Positions 24,601-37,727 of a DNA stretch of 64,000 nucleotides are shown in pieces. The position numbers and the translations under genes were made by a program. Source of the stretch: Oikopleura dioica (lineage: Eukaryota; Animalia; Chordata); assembly GCA_907165135.1 (NCBI GenBank), contig OU015568.1:8866001-8930000 (forward strand). The letters are read 5' to 3'. Numbering within the stretch: position 1 is the first letter of the stretch; each line of letters opens with the position of its first letter. Under the pieces are notes generated by a model. The model was not told the origin of the DNA. It saw only the letters and a list, made by a program, of their open reading frames with translations, and made no database searches.

Positions 24601-27600
24601 TCAGAAGAAGCGCTCTTCAAATTGGTTCCTGAGCCAGCGATAATTTGTCTGAGATCATCGTCCGTAGCGTTGAAGATCATTCCATTGAGGGCAAAGTCGT
24701 AGAAATCTGGGTAAGCATAGAAAATCGAGTAGAATTTTTGCAGATCGTCATCTTCCTCAGCAATTTTGCATTCATCGACATCCATGCACCCGTGACCTTC
24801 ATTGACAGATTTGAAGCCATCTTTGCACTCGCACACGAAGTCGCCATCGACGTTATTGCAATTTCCACCGACGCCGCATGGTTGAAGAAGCGCACACAAG
24901 TCTGGCGCAGAAGTAGCTAAAAGAGGACTGTTCTCGTCTATGATTGCATCATAGAAAAGTCGGAAGCCGCTTCCTCGAACGCTCAGGTGCGAGTTTTGAT
25001 TGAATTCCAATCTGATTTTATTCGCCTTCAAAACGACAGGTTCCTTTGTCATCATCATCCTTAGCACTTTCGGATCACATGATCGCATCGAATAAAGTTC
25101 TGCGTTTGACTCGTCGTCCCAAAAAATCAGCGAGTCTGAACACTCTGAATCAAGCTCAAGTTCCATAACAGTGATTTCATATCCTTTCGCCGCAGGAACT
25201 CTGATAAACCATTTTGATTCTGAAGATGTTGAACTCTGTGAATCGATGAAACCGTTTCGTTGGGTTCCAACAAATGGCAAGCGCTTTTTCGGCATGAGTT
25301 TTTGGATCTCTGGGGCTTTGGTCATTTGCGGATCCAAAAATGGAAGGGATGCAGCCGTTGTTGCTGGAGCAGGAGTGGTTATGATAGCTGGCGCATTTGT
25401 GGTTGTGATAAACTCGCACGTTTGGTCAATTATCTTAGGAACACATAGGCCATTTTCACAGCCTACAGAATTTGGGCCGCAATAAGAGCAGCTTGGACCC
25501 TGAAAGAACGGAGCTTCTCGCTTCCTTTCTTGAGTTCTGTACTGGCAAATAATCATTCTTCCTTTCTCGAATGTTTGTTCTCCGTCAAAAAGGTTTTCGC
25601 ATTCTGCCATGCCACAACCAACTTCAGTACTTTCCCAGAACGCTATGTTTCTATAAGGTCGGCAATCTCCTGAGCATGATTGTTTCACGGGATCATAGAA
25701 GCGCTCGGTAGTGTACCAATCGTAAACCACGTGGTCCCAGTCGACAAGTTCAGTGTTATGTTCCACAGCTGCAATACTCTCGCCATAATTGAAGTCGATG
25801 ATTTTCTTCGCCAGAGCTACGAAATTAAATTTATATTCCTTTTATTTCTCTAACCTTTGACTGAATTTTTGTATTCGCACTGTTTGGCAAAGAATCTAGC
25901 ATTATCTGCAAGCTCATTTGACCAAGTCATTTGGAAAACATTTGCGCCGCCTAGTTGTCGTCTGTACGCATTGTGAAGCTTGACAATGTCGACTTTTTCC
26001 TCGAATGTCAAATCTCGCATCGTCGTCTTTTGAAACTGCTGGTCGATGCACATGTCCAGTTTCACCTCGTCGGATTGAATCAATTCAACCTAAATCAGCT
26101 CTCGTTTGATTTATAAATATAAAATAGTACCTCAGAACGAATAGGAGCACCGTAAGCCTCGACTTCGCATAATGCTAGAGAAGTAGCACTTTCAGGAATC
26201 GTGACGATGACCCACGTGGAAACCATTTTTGTTTCACATACAAATTCAACCCATTGTCCAGTTTTCCCGGTAAGGCCGGTCTGAAATGATTAAATTTATG
26301 ATAGACGTTTTTAAACATACCATTTCCGCGCAAAGAGCCGATTTATGAACATCTTTTGTCGTACTTAGTCTGACTTGCAGCCTATTGTAGCTGATTTTAT
26401 CCGGCAAAAGAATTCGAACAGTATTCACTTCAGTCAATTTCCCGAGATTAGCAGCAAGAGAGGGCTCAGTAGTGATTCGGCTCATCGCGCAACAGGTGCT
26501 CCTTTCCGCAGTTGCTTTCAAACAATCAGTTTCTCCATCAGCAACCAGACTTCCTGGAGCAAAATCATACGCAGAATCGAGGTGGATTTCGCTCTTCTGG
26601 TTCAATAGATTTCTATGTTTTTCACAAATTCCTCGGTTGCACCAGTCTGCTTGAGTCCATTCTCCGTGACATTCAAATCCGCCAGAGCATTTTCTCTCTC
26701 GAGTTCTTTTTCCAAAGTGGCAGTCATTCTTGCACTCGTTCCACTCTGACCAATTCATCCACTGCGCAAGAGAGCTTCCGTAAACGCCAATTTCGCATAA
26801 ATCGAGCTGTGTTTCAATCCCGAAAACGCGAATTTTCACAGTGTCGCCAAGTAAAAACTCGTCACAGAGTATGAGATTCTCACCAACATCAGTAAATTTA
26901 CAGAGTTTATCATTTATATAAACTTCTAGTGATGGAATTAGCTTTTTGGAAGAAAGCTTTATTGAGTGGATTTCAAATTTCTGCGCCAACTTGATCTCAA
27001 CAAAAGGCTCGTAAGTGTATGATGTGCTAAAGCAACTGAAATAATGGATGAATTATTGCACTTCAATAAAAAATTCATACGACAAACGATTCATCCTTTC
27101 CTTGTAGCAAAGCCATCGGTCAAAAGCGACGTAGATTCTCCGGAAAAGTCGACCGTGCTGAGTCCCGATGCATAGGCTTACCGGACTAAATTTCGACCCA
27201 TATTTCTAGCTTAGTTGGGTGGTCATATGACACAGTTTTAGAAAGCCTAGCTTCTGGGCTTTCATGTGGGTACAAATTCAAGGGGTCTGGGTCATGCCCG
27301 CAAGGCAATTCATGGGACCTGAAGTCCCAAAATAGGTACTAGAATCCTTCAAACTATTTTTTCAATACCCGTCCGGGCTCGAGAGTAGTCGAGAGTCATA
27401 TATTTAGAAAGCTCAGGCTCTGAACTTTCAGTAGAGATCAAGAAATCTTAGTGCCAAGCTGTTTGTGGCCAACTGGAGGCGCTAGAAGTTAGCGGTGAAA
27501 ATCCGGAAATGCCGGAAAATTCGGTTTTTGAGTTCTAAACTCTACAATTATATGTATAAAACATATATAAACAATAATTAATGCATTAAAAAGTTGAACC

Positions 27601-30600
27601 GCGGTCGAACCGGGTGGTTCAACTCAAGAAACCTTCAAAAACATGGAAATATGGCCCACGATGAACCACCAGGTTGACCACCCGGTTCGACCGCGGTTCA
27701 ACTTTTTAATGCATTAATTATTGTTTATATATGTTTTATACATATAATTGTAGAGTTTAGAACTCAAAAACCGAATTTTCCGGCATTTCCGGATTTTCAC
27801 CGCTAACTTCTAGCGCCTCCAGTTGGCCACAAACCGCTTGGCACTAAGATTTCTTGATCTCTACTGAAAGCTCAGAGCCTGAGCTTTCTAAATATATGAC
27901 TCTTGACTACTCTCGAGCCCGGACGGGTATTGAAAAAATAGTTTGAAGGATTCTAGTACCTATTTTGGGACTTCAGGTCCCATGAATTGCCTTGCGGGCA
28001 TGACCCAGACCCCTTGAATTTGTACCCACATGAAAGCCCAGAAGCTAGGCTTTCTAAAACTGTGTCATATGACCACCCAACTAAGCTAGAAATATGGGTC
28101 GAAATTTAGTCCGGTAAGCCTACCGATGCAAGATTAATCTCACCTTCACACGGCCCATCAGAACATTCCTCGTCTTCAATTGGCAGTCCTCGACAGCCCT
28201 CATCTCCGATATCTCCGCCGATGCACTCTTTCGTTCGTTGCCTCATTCCAGCACCACACGTACGCGAACATGGCGACCAAGCAGCCCAATCAGACCAGAA
28301 AACATTAACTGGTCTTCCCCAGCCTTCAATCTCGCAAATAGTCATGGATTCATAACCAAGTTTGCGAATCGATAAAAATCGTCCTTGCAACGGTTTCGTG
28401 CAAAGCATCACTTGCGGAATCTGCATCGCTGATAAGGTCTCCTGCTGAGCAATACACAAATCTCCAGTTCCCGGGGTTTCGCCGACTCGAATTTCAAATG
28501 ATCTCAAATCTTCCCCAAGCATAATTCGCACTGCGGAAACTTCTTTTCGTCCCTCCAAATCGACACTCATCCAGCTGTCAAGGCCACTTGGTTGGTTTTT
28601 CAAGCAACAAGCAGCAAAGTTCTCACAGAGCTGCATATCAGTCAGTTTATCCGTCGATTCTTCGGAGGAACTACTGCTTACTTTTTTATGCTTTGTCACT
28701 GATTCAAGCTCTGTACAATCGTCAACACCAGCGTTGCAAGGTTCTTTATCAGCACTGTCGCCCTCGCACTCATCAGTAAGCAACTGCTCTGTAATTCCAT
28801 ACTCTGATGTCGAGAAAACCGAGCACTGTCTCAAACGAATTCGAGAACCAAAGCCGCATTTCTTCCCATCATCGCTTCTGCATTCGCCCCAAGCTCCCCA
28901 CTGCATCCAAACCGGAATGTCCATACCAAACGTTCCTACTGTTGCTTGGCTCTTGCCACCTTCATTGACTCCACGAATTTCAAACCGATAGGCAAGTTTG
29001 GACGAGAGTTGAGTTTTCAGAGAAGGCTCGGAGGTTATAAATGTCTGTTTCAGGGTCTCTTCAGATTTGACGAGGAAGACTTTTACTTCATATCTTCTAG
29101 CTCCTTCGCTTCGTTCCCAGAATATTTCTAGTGACCCATCGATGGCCTTGATATTTTCCAACACCACTTTTGGTGGCGGCAAAATAACATCAACGAGCTT
29201 TGGACTTGAAGTTCCGCCAGAATTAACAGCACCAACAGCGAGTTTGTAAACAATGCCAGGAGTCAATAAATGCTTATGGAAAGTTATTCTTCCTGGATGA
29301 TCAGCAGGAAGAGTTCCAAACTCAGCGATGCCTGAAACGGGCTCCATGTTATTGTCAAACATCGCGATAATGTAGTTCTCAGCCCCGAGAACTTTTGAAA
29401 AGTAGATTTCAATTTCTTCATCTTCACTTGGAATAACTTTCACCAACGGTGCCTCAGGTACAATTTTGAAAGTTTTCTTTGCGGGCGATGATTTCATAGA
29501 AGCGGAAACCGAATAGACTTCGACAAAGAATTTTTCTCCCGGAGCAAGATCATGAACGAGCACGCTCTCAAGGGGGAATTCCTTCTCTTCGTAAACAACT
29601 TCATTGTCTGAATTCTTCACGTTTACATCGTAGCTCACTATTCCATACGCTTCCGGCCATGCAATTTTGATAACACCAGGCTTGAAGGTCTGAATTTGCA
29701 AAAACTCAGGTGGGGACGGTTTCAACTCACACACAACAGAATGGCTATCGGATACTTCTCGGCTATCAGATATTGCAAAGACGGAGATTTGGTACTCGAT
29801 TCCTGACATGCCACCCGGTGGTGAAATCTTGAACGAATGCGATCCTCTGACCAACTGATCTTCAGCGATGATAGTTTTCTCCTTGAGAATCGGACCAAGA
29901 TCGCCATTGACACCAAAGCTTCGAAGCTCGACTCGGTACTGAGCGGCGCCCTTCACATCAAGCCAACTAATAACCAGCTCTTTGTCAGTTGTAAGTCCAG
30001 ATTCACAAGATGGCTTGACTGCATCTGGCCCAGTTTGAAGAGCGACAATTTGAGATTCTTCTGAGACATCCATTCGTCCGTCTTGATCGATCAAACTCTT
30101 GACGGTCATGTAGTACTTGGTACCAGAACGCATCTTCGGCATCTTTATCACATGACGATCTTGTTGAACAATTATTTCTCCACGCTTTTCTTGATCGACG
30201 AATTCGGGCATGATTTCGCCTGCGTAAATGGGATTTTTAGGGAGTTCCTTTTTACCATAGCTGTTGAACCAGTAGTAATTGATTTCGTATCCCTTTGTTC
30301 GTTTGTAAGGATTGAGTACTTCAATAAGAAGCGAGGAAGTTTGACTTGGCACTTTCCTCACCATTGGCGGATAAGGAAGAGTAGAAAACATAACCGGCTC
30401 GGACCAGAGCGACCAAATATCATCAATTTTACTTCTGATTTTAACGCTGCACACGTCCGCTGGTAAAAGATCGACGATTTCTGCAGATGGTTTTCGAACT
30501 GTATCGGTTCGTTGAGAATCTTGCATGCTCTCACATTTGCAAAGATACTCGTATTGAACGGCATTTTGTGCACGATCCCATTCAATGCCTACAGAGTTAG

Positions 30601-33600
30601 TTCCTCTGCTCCCGGAAATCACTTGAAGACCTTCAGGAGATTTGTGCGGATACATGAGACTAAACCTAGCCATGAGTTTGTCATTCACAACTGTTCCTAA
30701 ATCAACTTCAAAGATAACGAATGACTTCTTCTCTGGATTCTCGGGGTCATTCAGAACATTTATAAGAGAAATGTCGAGTATCTCATCTTTTTTGAGCTCT
30801 TTCGCTAAAGATTTTCTCAAAAAGTCTTCAATCTTGCTCGATTCTGATTTAAGATCCTCAACATGATTATCCAACAACGCTTGGCCGACGAGACGCATTG
30901 GCTCTGTTCTAACAACTATTTCTTCAGTCCATTCAGTCGCCGAATACTCTTCATTTTCTCCAGCAAAGGATTTGATTTGGAGCTTCGTATTAACATATGG
31001 CGTCAAATTTTCTATCTCAAAGGGATTTTCGGATGTGGTGAACTTTTGTGGTTCTCCTCCTTGATTCCACTGAACCTCAACCGTCTTAACTCGATCACTT
31101 TTTGAAGCCCATTTACAAGAGATACTTTCTGAGAGGGGAACGCAGCTAAATTGTGGCACATCTGGCTCTGTTGATACTTTTACATCAGTCCACTCAGGAA
31201 AACTTAGCAATCCTGTTTCTCCACTTCTGACACGAATTCTAGCGACGTAATCAGTTCCTGCAGTCAAATCGTCAAGCATCATTTCTACGATTGGCGAATC
31301 AGCTTCAAACATTGGATAAGTTTTGATGCTGTTAAGATCTTCCCAGTCTGTAGCAACTTGAGCAAACAGTTCATCGCCTGATTTAACATTTGAAATAATA
31401 AGACCAACTTTATCTGGTGCTACGTAGTTGACAGACAGCTCTGGGGAACTCAATCGCGTGGTTACTGTCATTTCAGCCCATTCCGAAGGTGGAGCTTGGG
31501 ATGAAATCGCCCGAAGGAGAATTCGGTGCTCTACATCTGGGGGGAGTCCTTTCCACATCGCACTTCGCTCGAATGTAGCTGAGATGAACTTTTTGCGATC
31601 TTCATCATCGTCGATTTTGATCTCGTACTCGTTTGCTCTTGCTACTCCTCGCCAGTTCACCCTGATCATCTCGTCAGTAACTTTGTTTGAATCCAATGAC
31701 TCGATAAAGACTGGCTTTGACAACGCTGTTATAAGTTCTGCCGTTTTGACTGGGCTGCGGACTTCAGACTCGTCGTCATAACGAACACCTTGGAAGAAGA
31801 ATTGGTAATGAGTAGCTGGTTTCATTCCTGAAATTTTAAATGAAGACTTTGAAGACGAAATAAGAAATTCTTCGGATCCTTCTAATTGAGCAATCGGAGG
31901 TTCTGATGAAATAGAAATCGCATCAAAGGTAAGATCGCTTTCCCAAAGCATAATCGCACTTCCTGATCGATCTTCTTCATCAAGCTCAATTGTAAACTGA
32001 CCCAACGCTGGTGCAGTTTTAACAATTGACTCAACAGAATCAGTTTGAACATCATCATCAATTTCTGCGTAAATTTCAAAGAGATACTCCGTATTTGGCT
32101 CAAGCTGTTCCCGGCGAAAAACAAGTTGTTCCGAACGAATTGGTTGAAATTCTTCCGTTTTGTCAACCCTAAAGTAATATTTTCGCGCATTTTCCACGGC
32201 CTTCCATCGGTAAATTATTGAAGCGTCGGTTGCTGTAGCAATAACATGTCCAAAATCTGGAGCGGTGGTAAACGTCGTGCCCTCCCCGCGGTCCGAGTAC
32301 AATCCGTTTTCATCGACGATTTCGACCGAAACAACGTAGGATTGAAACGGAGAGAAGGAATCCATGATAAAATTATTGGCCTCGATGTCAAGGTCGAATT
32401 TTCCGTCTGTGCCCAAATATAAAGTTTGTTTGGTGATGTTGTATTCTGGTAACACCCATGACAATTCTGCCTCAGTAGTTTTGATATTTCGAACTTGAAC
32501 TGGAACAACCTTATTGAGCAGGTGAAGCTCAGCCTCTGTCGTGAACGAGTTAGAACTGATCTTGGATGTGAAATTCACGTTTTTCGAGATGGCAGAAATG
32601 TCCAAGGTGTATGTGCTTTCGTAGTCCAGTCCTTGAATATCTACGCTATTTTCAGAAGGCGGAAGCTCGACTCGGTAAAGCTCATTTTCTTCGACTGATG
32701 CAAGTCCTTGGTAAACAACAACGTTGTATCCGTTTGCTCTTGGTACTTTTGCCCATTCAATGACAGCAGATGTCCAGCCGACTTTTGAGCTGTCCCAGTC
32801 GACTTCTGGAGGAGCGAGGAGAGTTCTAGCATCAAACTCAACTGTATTCGTGGCTCCTCCTTCTACCACTCCAAGAAGAGCGAGTCGGTAGTTATGATCA
32901 GACAGCAATCCACTCAAATACGCTTCATTCTCGTCTCCGTGCCAAAGAACTTCTTGCAGACGATCCTCTCCTTCCTCGAATTTATTCAATATATAAATTT
33001 GATACTGCTGAATATTTTCCTTTGCCCTCCATTGAAGTCGAATAGCATCATGAGTTTTTGAAACGACGAATGGCTTATCTAATTCTGGTGCTGCGCGGAA
33101 TGGAACTTCACGAATGAATGATCTCAATCCATTTTTATAAATGATTTGAAACCTGAGTTTGTATTCTTGCTCAGGGTTAACATTCAATGTTAGATCGGTG
33201 ATATTTTTTGGGATTTTGCTTTCGACGCCGTTATCCGCGCTCATGAGAATATACTCGACCTCTGCTCCGATGGATGGGTCTTCTGGAGGTGGCACCCATT
33301 TGAGCGTAACTTCCTTCGGGCTGACAGAGACAAACGGAATCTCTAGCGCAGGAGGTGTGTGATAACGTGTGTGTTGACAACGTTTTCCATAGTGTTCCAT
33401 TTTACATCTACAGGCAATATCCCCGGCCAAATCAACACAGATGCCTTCGTTGTAGCAGCTTTTCTCTTCGCACTCGTCAACATCCTCGCTTCTAGCGGAA
33501 ACCTGGAATCCGAGTGTCCCTGGAAGAACATCGAGAAGATCCCACTCTCTCCATCGGCTCTCGAGAATCGCCAGGCGTCCTTGAAACTCTTCCATAATCT

Positions 33601-34563
33601 TTTCTCCGTTGCCCCGAGTATCCATCGTGTCAAAGTTTAGAATCAATCGAACATAAGTCCCCAGTTCATCATCTTCTGATCTCGATTTCTCATCCTTTGC
33701 AAATTGAATCACGTGACTTTTTCTAAAGCCGGCGAATGTAAGCATTGACTTGTCAATAGCAGTTTCAAGCATTTTCGCGGTGGTATTGAAAAGTTCTGTT
33801 TTTGGATTTTGAAGATGGTTGCTCCATCTGATATTCAGGAAGTATGCAGTTGTTTTGGCTGTTATCATGTACTCGACTTTTTCAGTAACTTTTTGGAAGA
33901 GAACGATTTGGGATACCCAGTCCGTCCATTTGCTGATTTCTTTTCCTTTTTCAATAGCTTTCTGTTTCTGCTTGTATTCCGACTTATCAAAGAAAGCAAT
34001 CGGACAAACACTGACGGAGCATTTTCGAATCTCGGTCCTGATCCCCTCGCATTGGGCGAACGACTTTAGGTAGATATTCAGTGGCACATTCGATGTCAAA
34101 AAGCAGTTTTGGAACTTGCACTTTCCATCGCACAGTCTCGCCGTCGAATTTGCTCACCATTGAATCCACAAGTCTTCGAACAAGCGGACCATGATTGCCA
34201 AGGAGTCCAGCTGGCGCCGCAAACGTGTCTGTTGCACGGACGGTGGTCGACAGGAGAGCCCTCGCACGTTGGAGTCAATTTGAGGTAGTCTTCGAAAGAT
34301 AAATCGCCGACGAGATAGAGCTGGAATGCTTCATCGATGTTTGTCTTACAAGTTCTGTAGCGAGATTGTCGCCCTGTACCGCACCTTTTTGTGCATTGGG
34401 ACCAGTTATTCCAAGATGACCAGCCCGAGTAATTCTCATTGTCGGGTAAAATAGCCTGCTGACTTTCCTTTGACTTATAAATATCCAACATGACCCCAAA
34501 GTCTTTATCCATTAGAACTGCCTTCGTGCTCCCTAGGAGCAGAATTTTCACAAGCCAATCCAT
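18691..34563 (-). CDS. Giant secreted modular matrix protein (roughly 4,500-5,000 aa): TSP1, SEA, EGF, ~12 FN3, FTP/F5-8C, CAP/SCP, CUB, Cys hairpin repeats, Thr-rich mucin and SEA-like units
   Basis: Signal peptide at 34563; WSSWNNWSQCTKRCG (TSP1); DVDEC..CRC (EGF); FN3 W/Y spacing; CEIEGWG/CEIGVYG/CEVEAYG (FTP); HNAYRR..WSNELA..VGCG (CAP); CUB GSGF motifs. Most junctions are phase-compatible. The join at 21127/21063 is unresolved, so the last part could be a separate gene. Interrupted by a MITE at 27173-28122. Confidence 0.7.
21553..21693 (-). repeat. ACN trinucleotide run encoding a poly-Thr (mucin-like) tract of ~45 residues
   Basis: Degenerate ACA/ACC/ACG/ACT array in frame in the 933-aa ORF. 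Confidence 0.9.
27173..28122. mobile_element. 950-bp palindromic non-autonomous hAT-type MITE
   Basis: Arms 27173-27623 and 27673-28122 are ~450-bp inverted repeats with a few mismatches and a 49-nt spacer. TAGGC...GCCTA ends and 8-bp TSD CCGATGCA (27165-27172, 28123-28130). Confidence 0.93.
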
Positions 34564-35064
34564 TCTCTTCGTTGCTATCTCTCTTTTAACAATTGTCTCT
34601 CTTTTTTAGTCTGTAAGTTTTATTCAAATCCTGAATGCTTAAAAAGGGATGAATATTATTGTGGAATTGATGCGCCGCAAAGTCGCCTAAATGAGATTCT
34701 AAAACGCTTTCACATTTTTGTATCACACAAGTTATCATTTTGTTTGGTGGCGCAATAACAAAAATGGAAACTGGTCGGAAAACCGACAAAAAGAGAGCCT
34801 CCGAGATTTCCGCGAGGCTGAAAATTTTTATGTAAACGTTGATAAACGCTGAGACGTGGTGCTGAAATGAATGCGATTATTTCAATTTGCAAACTTTTAA
34901 ATTCGAAATTTTATGCGAGTAATAAGAGAGGAAGAAGAATCTTTTAAAACACTTCTTTTTTAAATCGTTTCTGTCTTTTGATATTTTTATTTTGAGAAGG
35001 CATCAGCTCTTCGATATTTACAGATAGATTTCACTAGTTTTGCTCATTCTCAACGGGCCCTAAT

Positions 35065-37682
35065 TCAGCTGTTTTTAGCACAAGTAAGTTGAATGCTGAG
35101 CGGTGAAGTCAAGGGAAATGCAGCAATATAGTAAATGATAAGATAAATTGACATGTTGAAACGAAGTTCAGAAATTTTTAATAGAGGCAATGAGGAGGAG
35201 TTCAGTTTTTGGCGCTGGGTTCTGTGGTAGAAGCTTCCCGGAATTGGGAGGACTGGGCTGAGACCGTCGAGTTTGAGTCGCCGTTTTCGATCGCTTCGCC
35301 TGTCGTATCTAGAATCGGTTAGGATAGAGCTGAAGAAGATGGTTTTACCGGAAACATCAGAGTCTCTGCTGTGTCCGTTCATATGCGAGTAGTGTCCATT
35401 TGGCGGATCATTCATGACTTTGTACGCGTTTATGTAGTAAATAAGGATTTATGATTTGGTTCTTGTATGGAAACGTTGGAATATCAGAAAACCCTATCTG
35501 TTTCTGAAACTCGATTTGCGTCTCCATGAATTTCTGCGTTTTTCGAACTTCTTCAAGCTCATGTTCGAGTCTCAAAGCTTCGCAATGCATGCCCCAGAGA
35601 GACTGAAGTGTCGATCGTAATTTTGGGTGGCATTTGTGCTCTTCTTCCTAAATTAGCGATAAAAGATCGATCACTTAAGGGTAAAACATCAAATCGGAGC
35701 GTCGCGCCACGCTGGATCAGCGCCCCGCCGTGACCTACTTTTCAAAGGGCCTTAACTTCTGAACGGATACACTTTTATTCGAACTTTCTTTTGGAGTGAG
35801 ATAATTGAAGCCTTTTCTCTTTGCATACTAAAAATAAGCGAAATCGTAAACTTAGAAGTGGGAGAAACTGACATAAGTTGGTTAAAATCTATCTCCTCTC
35901 ACAATTTTTATCCGATTTTTCTGAAACTTAGACCAGTCAGTAGAGCTTCGTAAGACCTAAAATTTGGTTTTCAGATCGAATTTTGAAGGTCTCTAAAATT
36001 TTATATGATCCTTAGAAATGAGTGCTGAACCGCGCCGCTTTTTTATCAGAGAAAAGCGGGCGTGGCTTGAGAGCGCTCATTTCAAGCGATCATATAAAAT
36101 TTTAGAGACCTTCAAAATTCGATCTGAGAAAACCAAATTTTAGGTCTAACGAAGCTCTACTGACTGGTCTAAGTTTCAGAAAAATCGGATAAAAATTGTG
36201 AGAGGAGATAGATTTTAACCAACTCATGTCAGTTTCTCCCACTTCTAAGTTTACGATTTCGCTTATTTTTAGTATGCAAAGAGAAAAGGCTTCAATTATC
36301 TCACTCCAAAAGAAAGTTTGAAAAAAAGTGTATCCGTTCAGAAGTTACGGCCCTTTGAAAAGTAGGTCACGGCGGGGCGCTGATCTAGCGTGACGCGCCG
36401 CTCCGATTTGATGTTTTACCCTTAACGCAATAGTCTTACATCAAGTCGATCCAGGAAATTGCAAAACATCTTCATCGGCGTAAGTGAGTCGTCTTTCTCG
36501 GCGATGTTAGTGAATTCATCGAAGCTTTCTTTTAAAAGTTTCAAGGCGTTCGCTTCCGTTTTATCGTCTACTTTTGGCTTTGATTCGAGCTTTACTTTCT
36601 TTCCTTCAAAAACAACTGTAAAAGATTGTATCGACTGACTCTATTCACCATTTTCAGAAACTAGAGAGCCATCGTCGGAGCTTTTTCTCTTTGGAATTGA
36701 AGATTTCTTGGGCCTCCCGGTACCTGGAAACGTTGAGTTTACCTTTGGCAAGTTCTTGATTTTCTCGAGTTGTTTTCTCTTCGCCGCATCCTTTAACTTT
36801 CAAACATTAATTTCCAAATTCATGGCTAGCGTTACTTACTCTCACATCTTCCTTTCGTTTACGTTCTAGCGTTTCTAGGATATGCCTCGAATGAGCCGCC
36901 TTCTTATCTTTGCACTTTTCCTGGGAGCAGAAAACGAAGAATTCCGTTGTTTGCTTGCTCTCGATTTGTGAATTGTCTAGCATCAGACAGAGGCCTTTTC
37001 TGGATGCGCAGGAGGGATGAAACTGAAAATTAACAAATAGAAGCCAACTCGTTTTTCAAAACTTACTGCTTTGCCGCAGCCGCAATCGCAGAATCGAAGA
37101 TATCCTTCTCGGGTACAAAACTCGCATTTCTTCTCTGCTGTGACCTGGAAAGAAATATATTTGAAAATAAGGGATTAGTCTGATACCTTTTTGGAGTGAG
37201 GAATCGACTCAATATGGGAAATACCGCTGCTCGTTTCTGGATCTCTGAACTGAACTTCTTCGAAGAAAAGGGCGCAAAGAATGTGTGCCCAAGTATCGTC
37301 GCTGCCTCTCTTTGGATAGACCTCTTTCATGGCGCCTCTTACATCGAAACAGAGTACGCATTTGAGCGGCTTCATGCTCGTTAAAGGGTCTTTTGATCTC
37401 CTTTTTCGCCAGTATTTACACTAAAAGTCAATCAAGATAGCGACCTCAAATGTTCTAACATACAGTGTTACAGTACCAGTCTCCTGACGGAATAGTTTGA
37501 ATCCCGTAGCACAGCTTGTGCACAGCAACATTACATTGGTCGCAATAAACGAGAGGGTCGACGTCGTTGGCATCGGCAATTTCGCAAATAGAGCAGCCTT
37601 CTTCCATCGACAGCTCTTCTCTTGGCTCCTGTTTGACGGAGCTTTCGCTACTGGTGCTCTCGGTATCAGATGTGTCCGACAT
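35065..37682 (-). CDS. PZP (PHD-Zn knuckle-PHD) chromatin reader with C-terminal leucine zipper, AF10/AF17 (MLLT10/6)-like; 3' end uncertain
   Basis: CSICE..LVYCDQCNVAVHKLCYGIQTIPSGDWYC, KCVLC..GAMK..WAHILCALFFEEVQF, KCEFC..FHPSCA; later TLQSLWGMHCEALRLEHELEEVRK coiled coil. Confidence 0.75.
35679..36421. mobile_element. 743-bp hairpin MITE with TTAA TSD and GG..CC ends (Kolobok-like)
   Basis: TTAA at 35675-35678 and 36422-36425; inverted arms GGGTAAAACATCAAATCGGAGCG.../...CGCTCCGATTTGATGTTTTACCC run almost to a central loop near 36045. TTAA plus RR termini fits Kolobok rather than piggyBac (CC termini). Confidence 0.85.
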
Positions 37683-37727
37683 GACTGTCTATTAGACCGA
37701 ATTTAAACGGGAAAGATCGCTAGGTTT

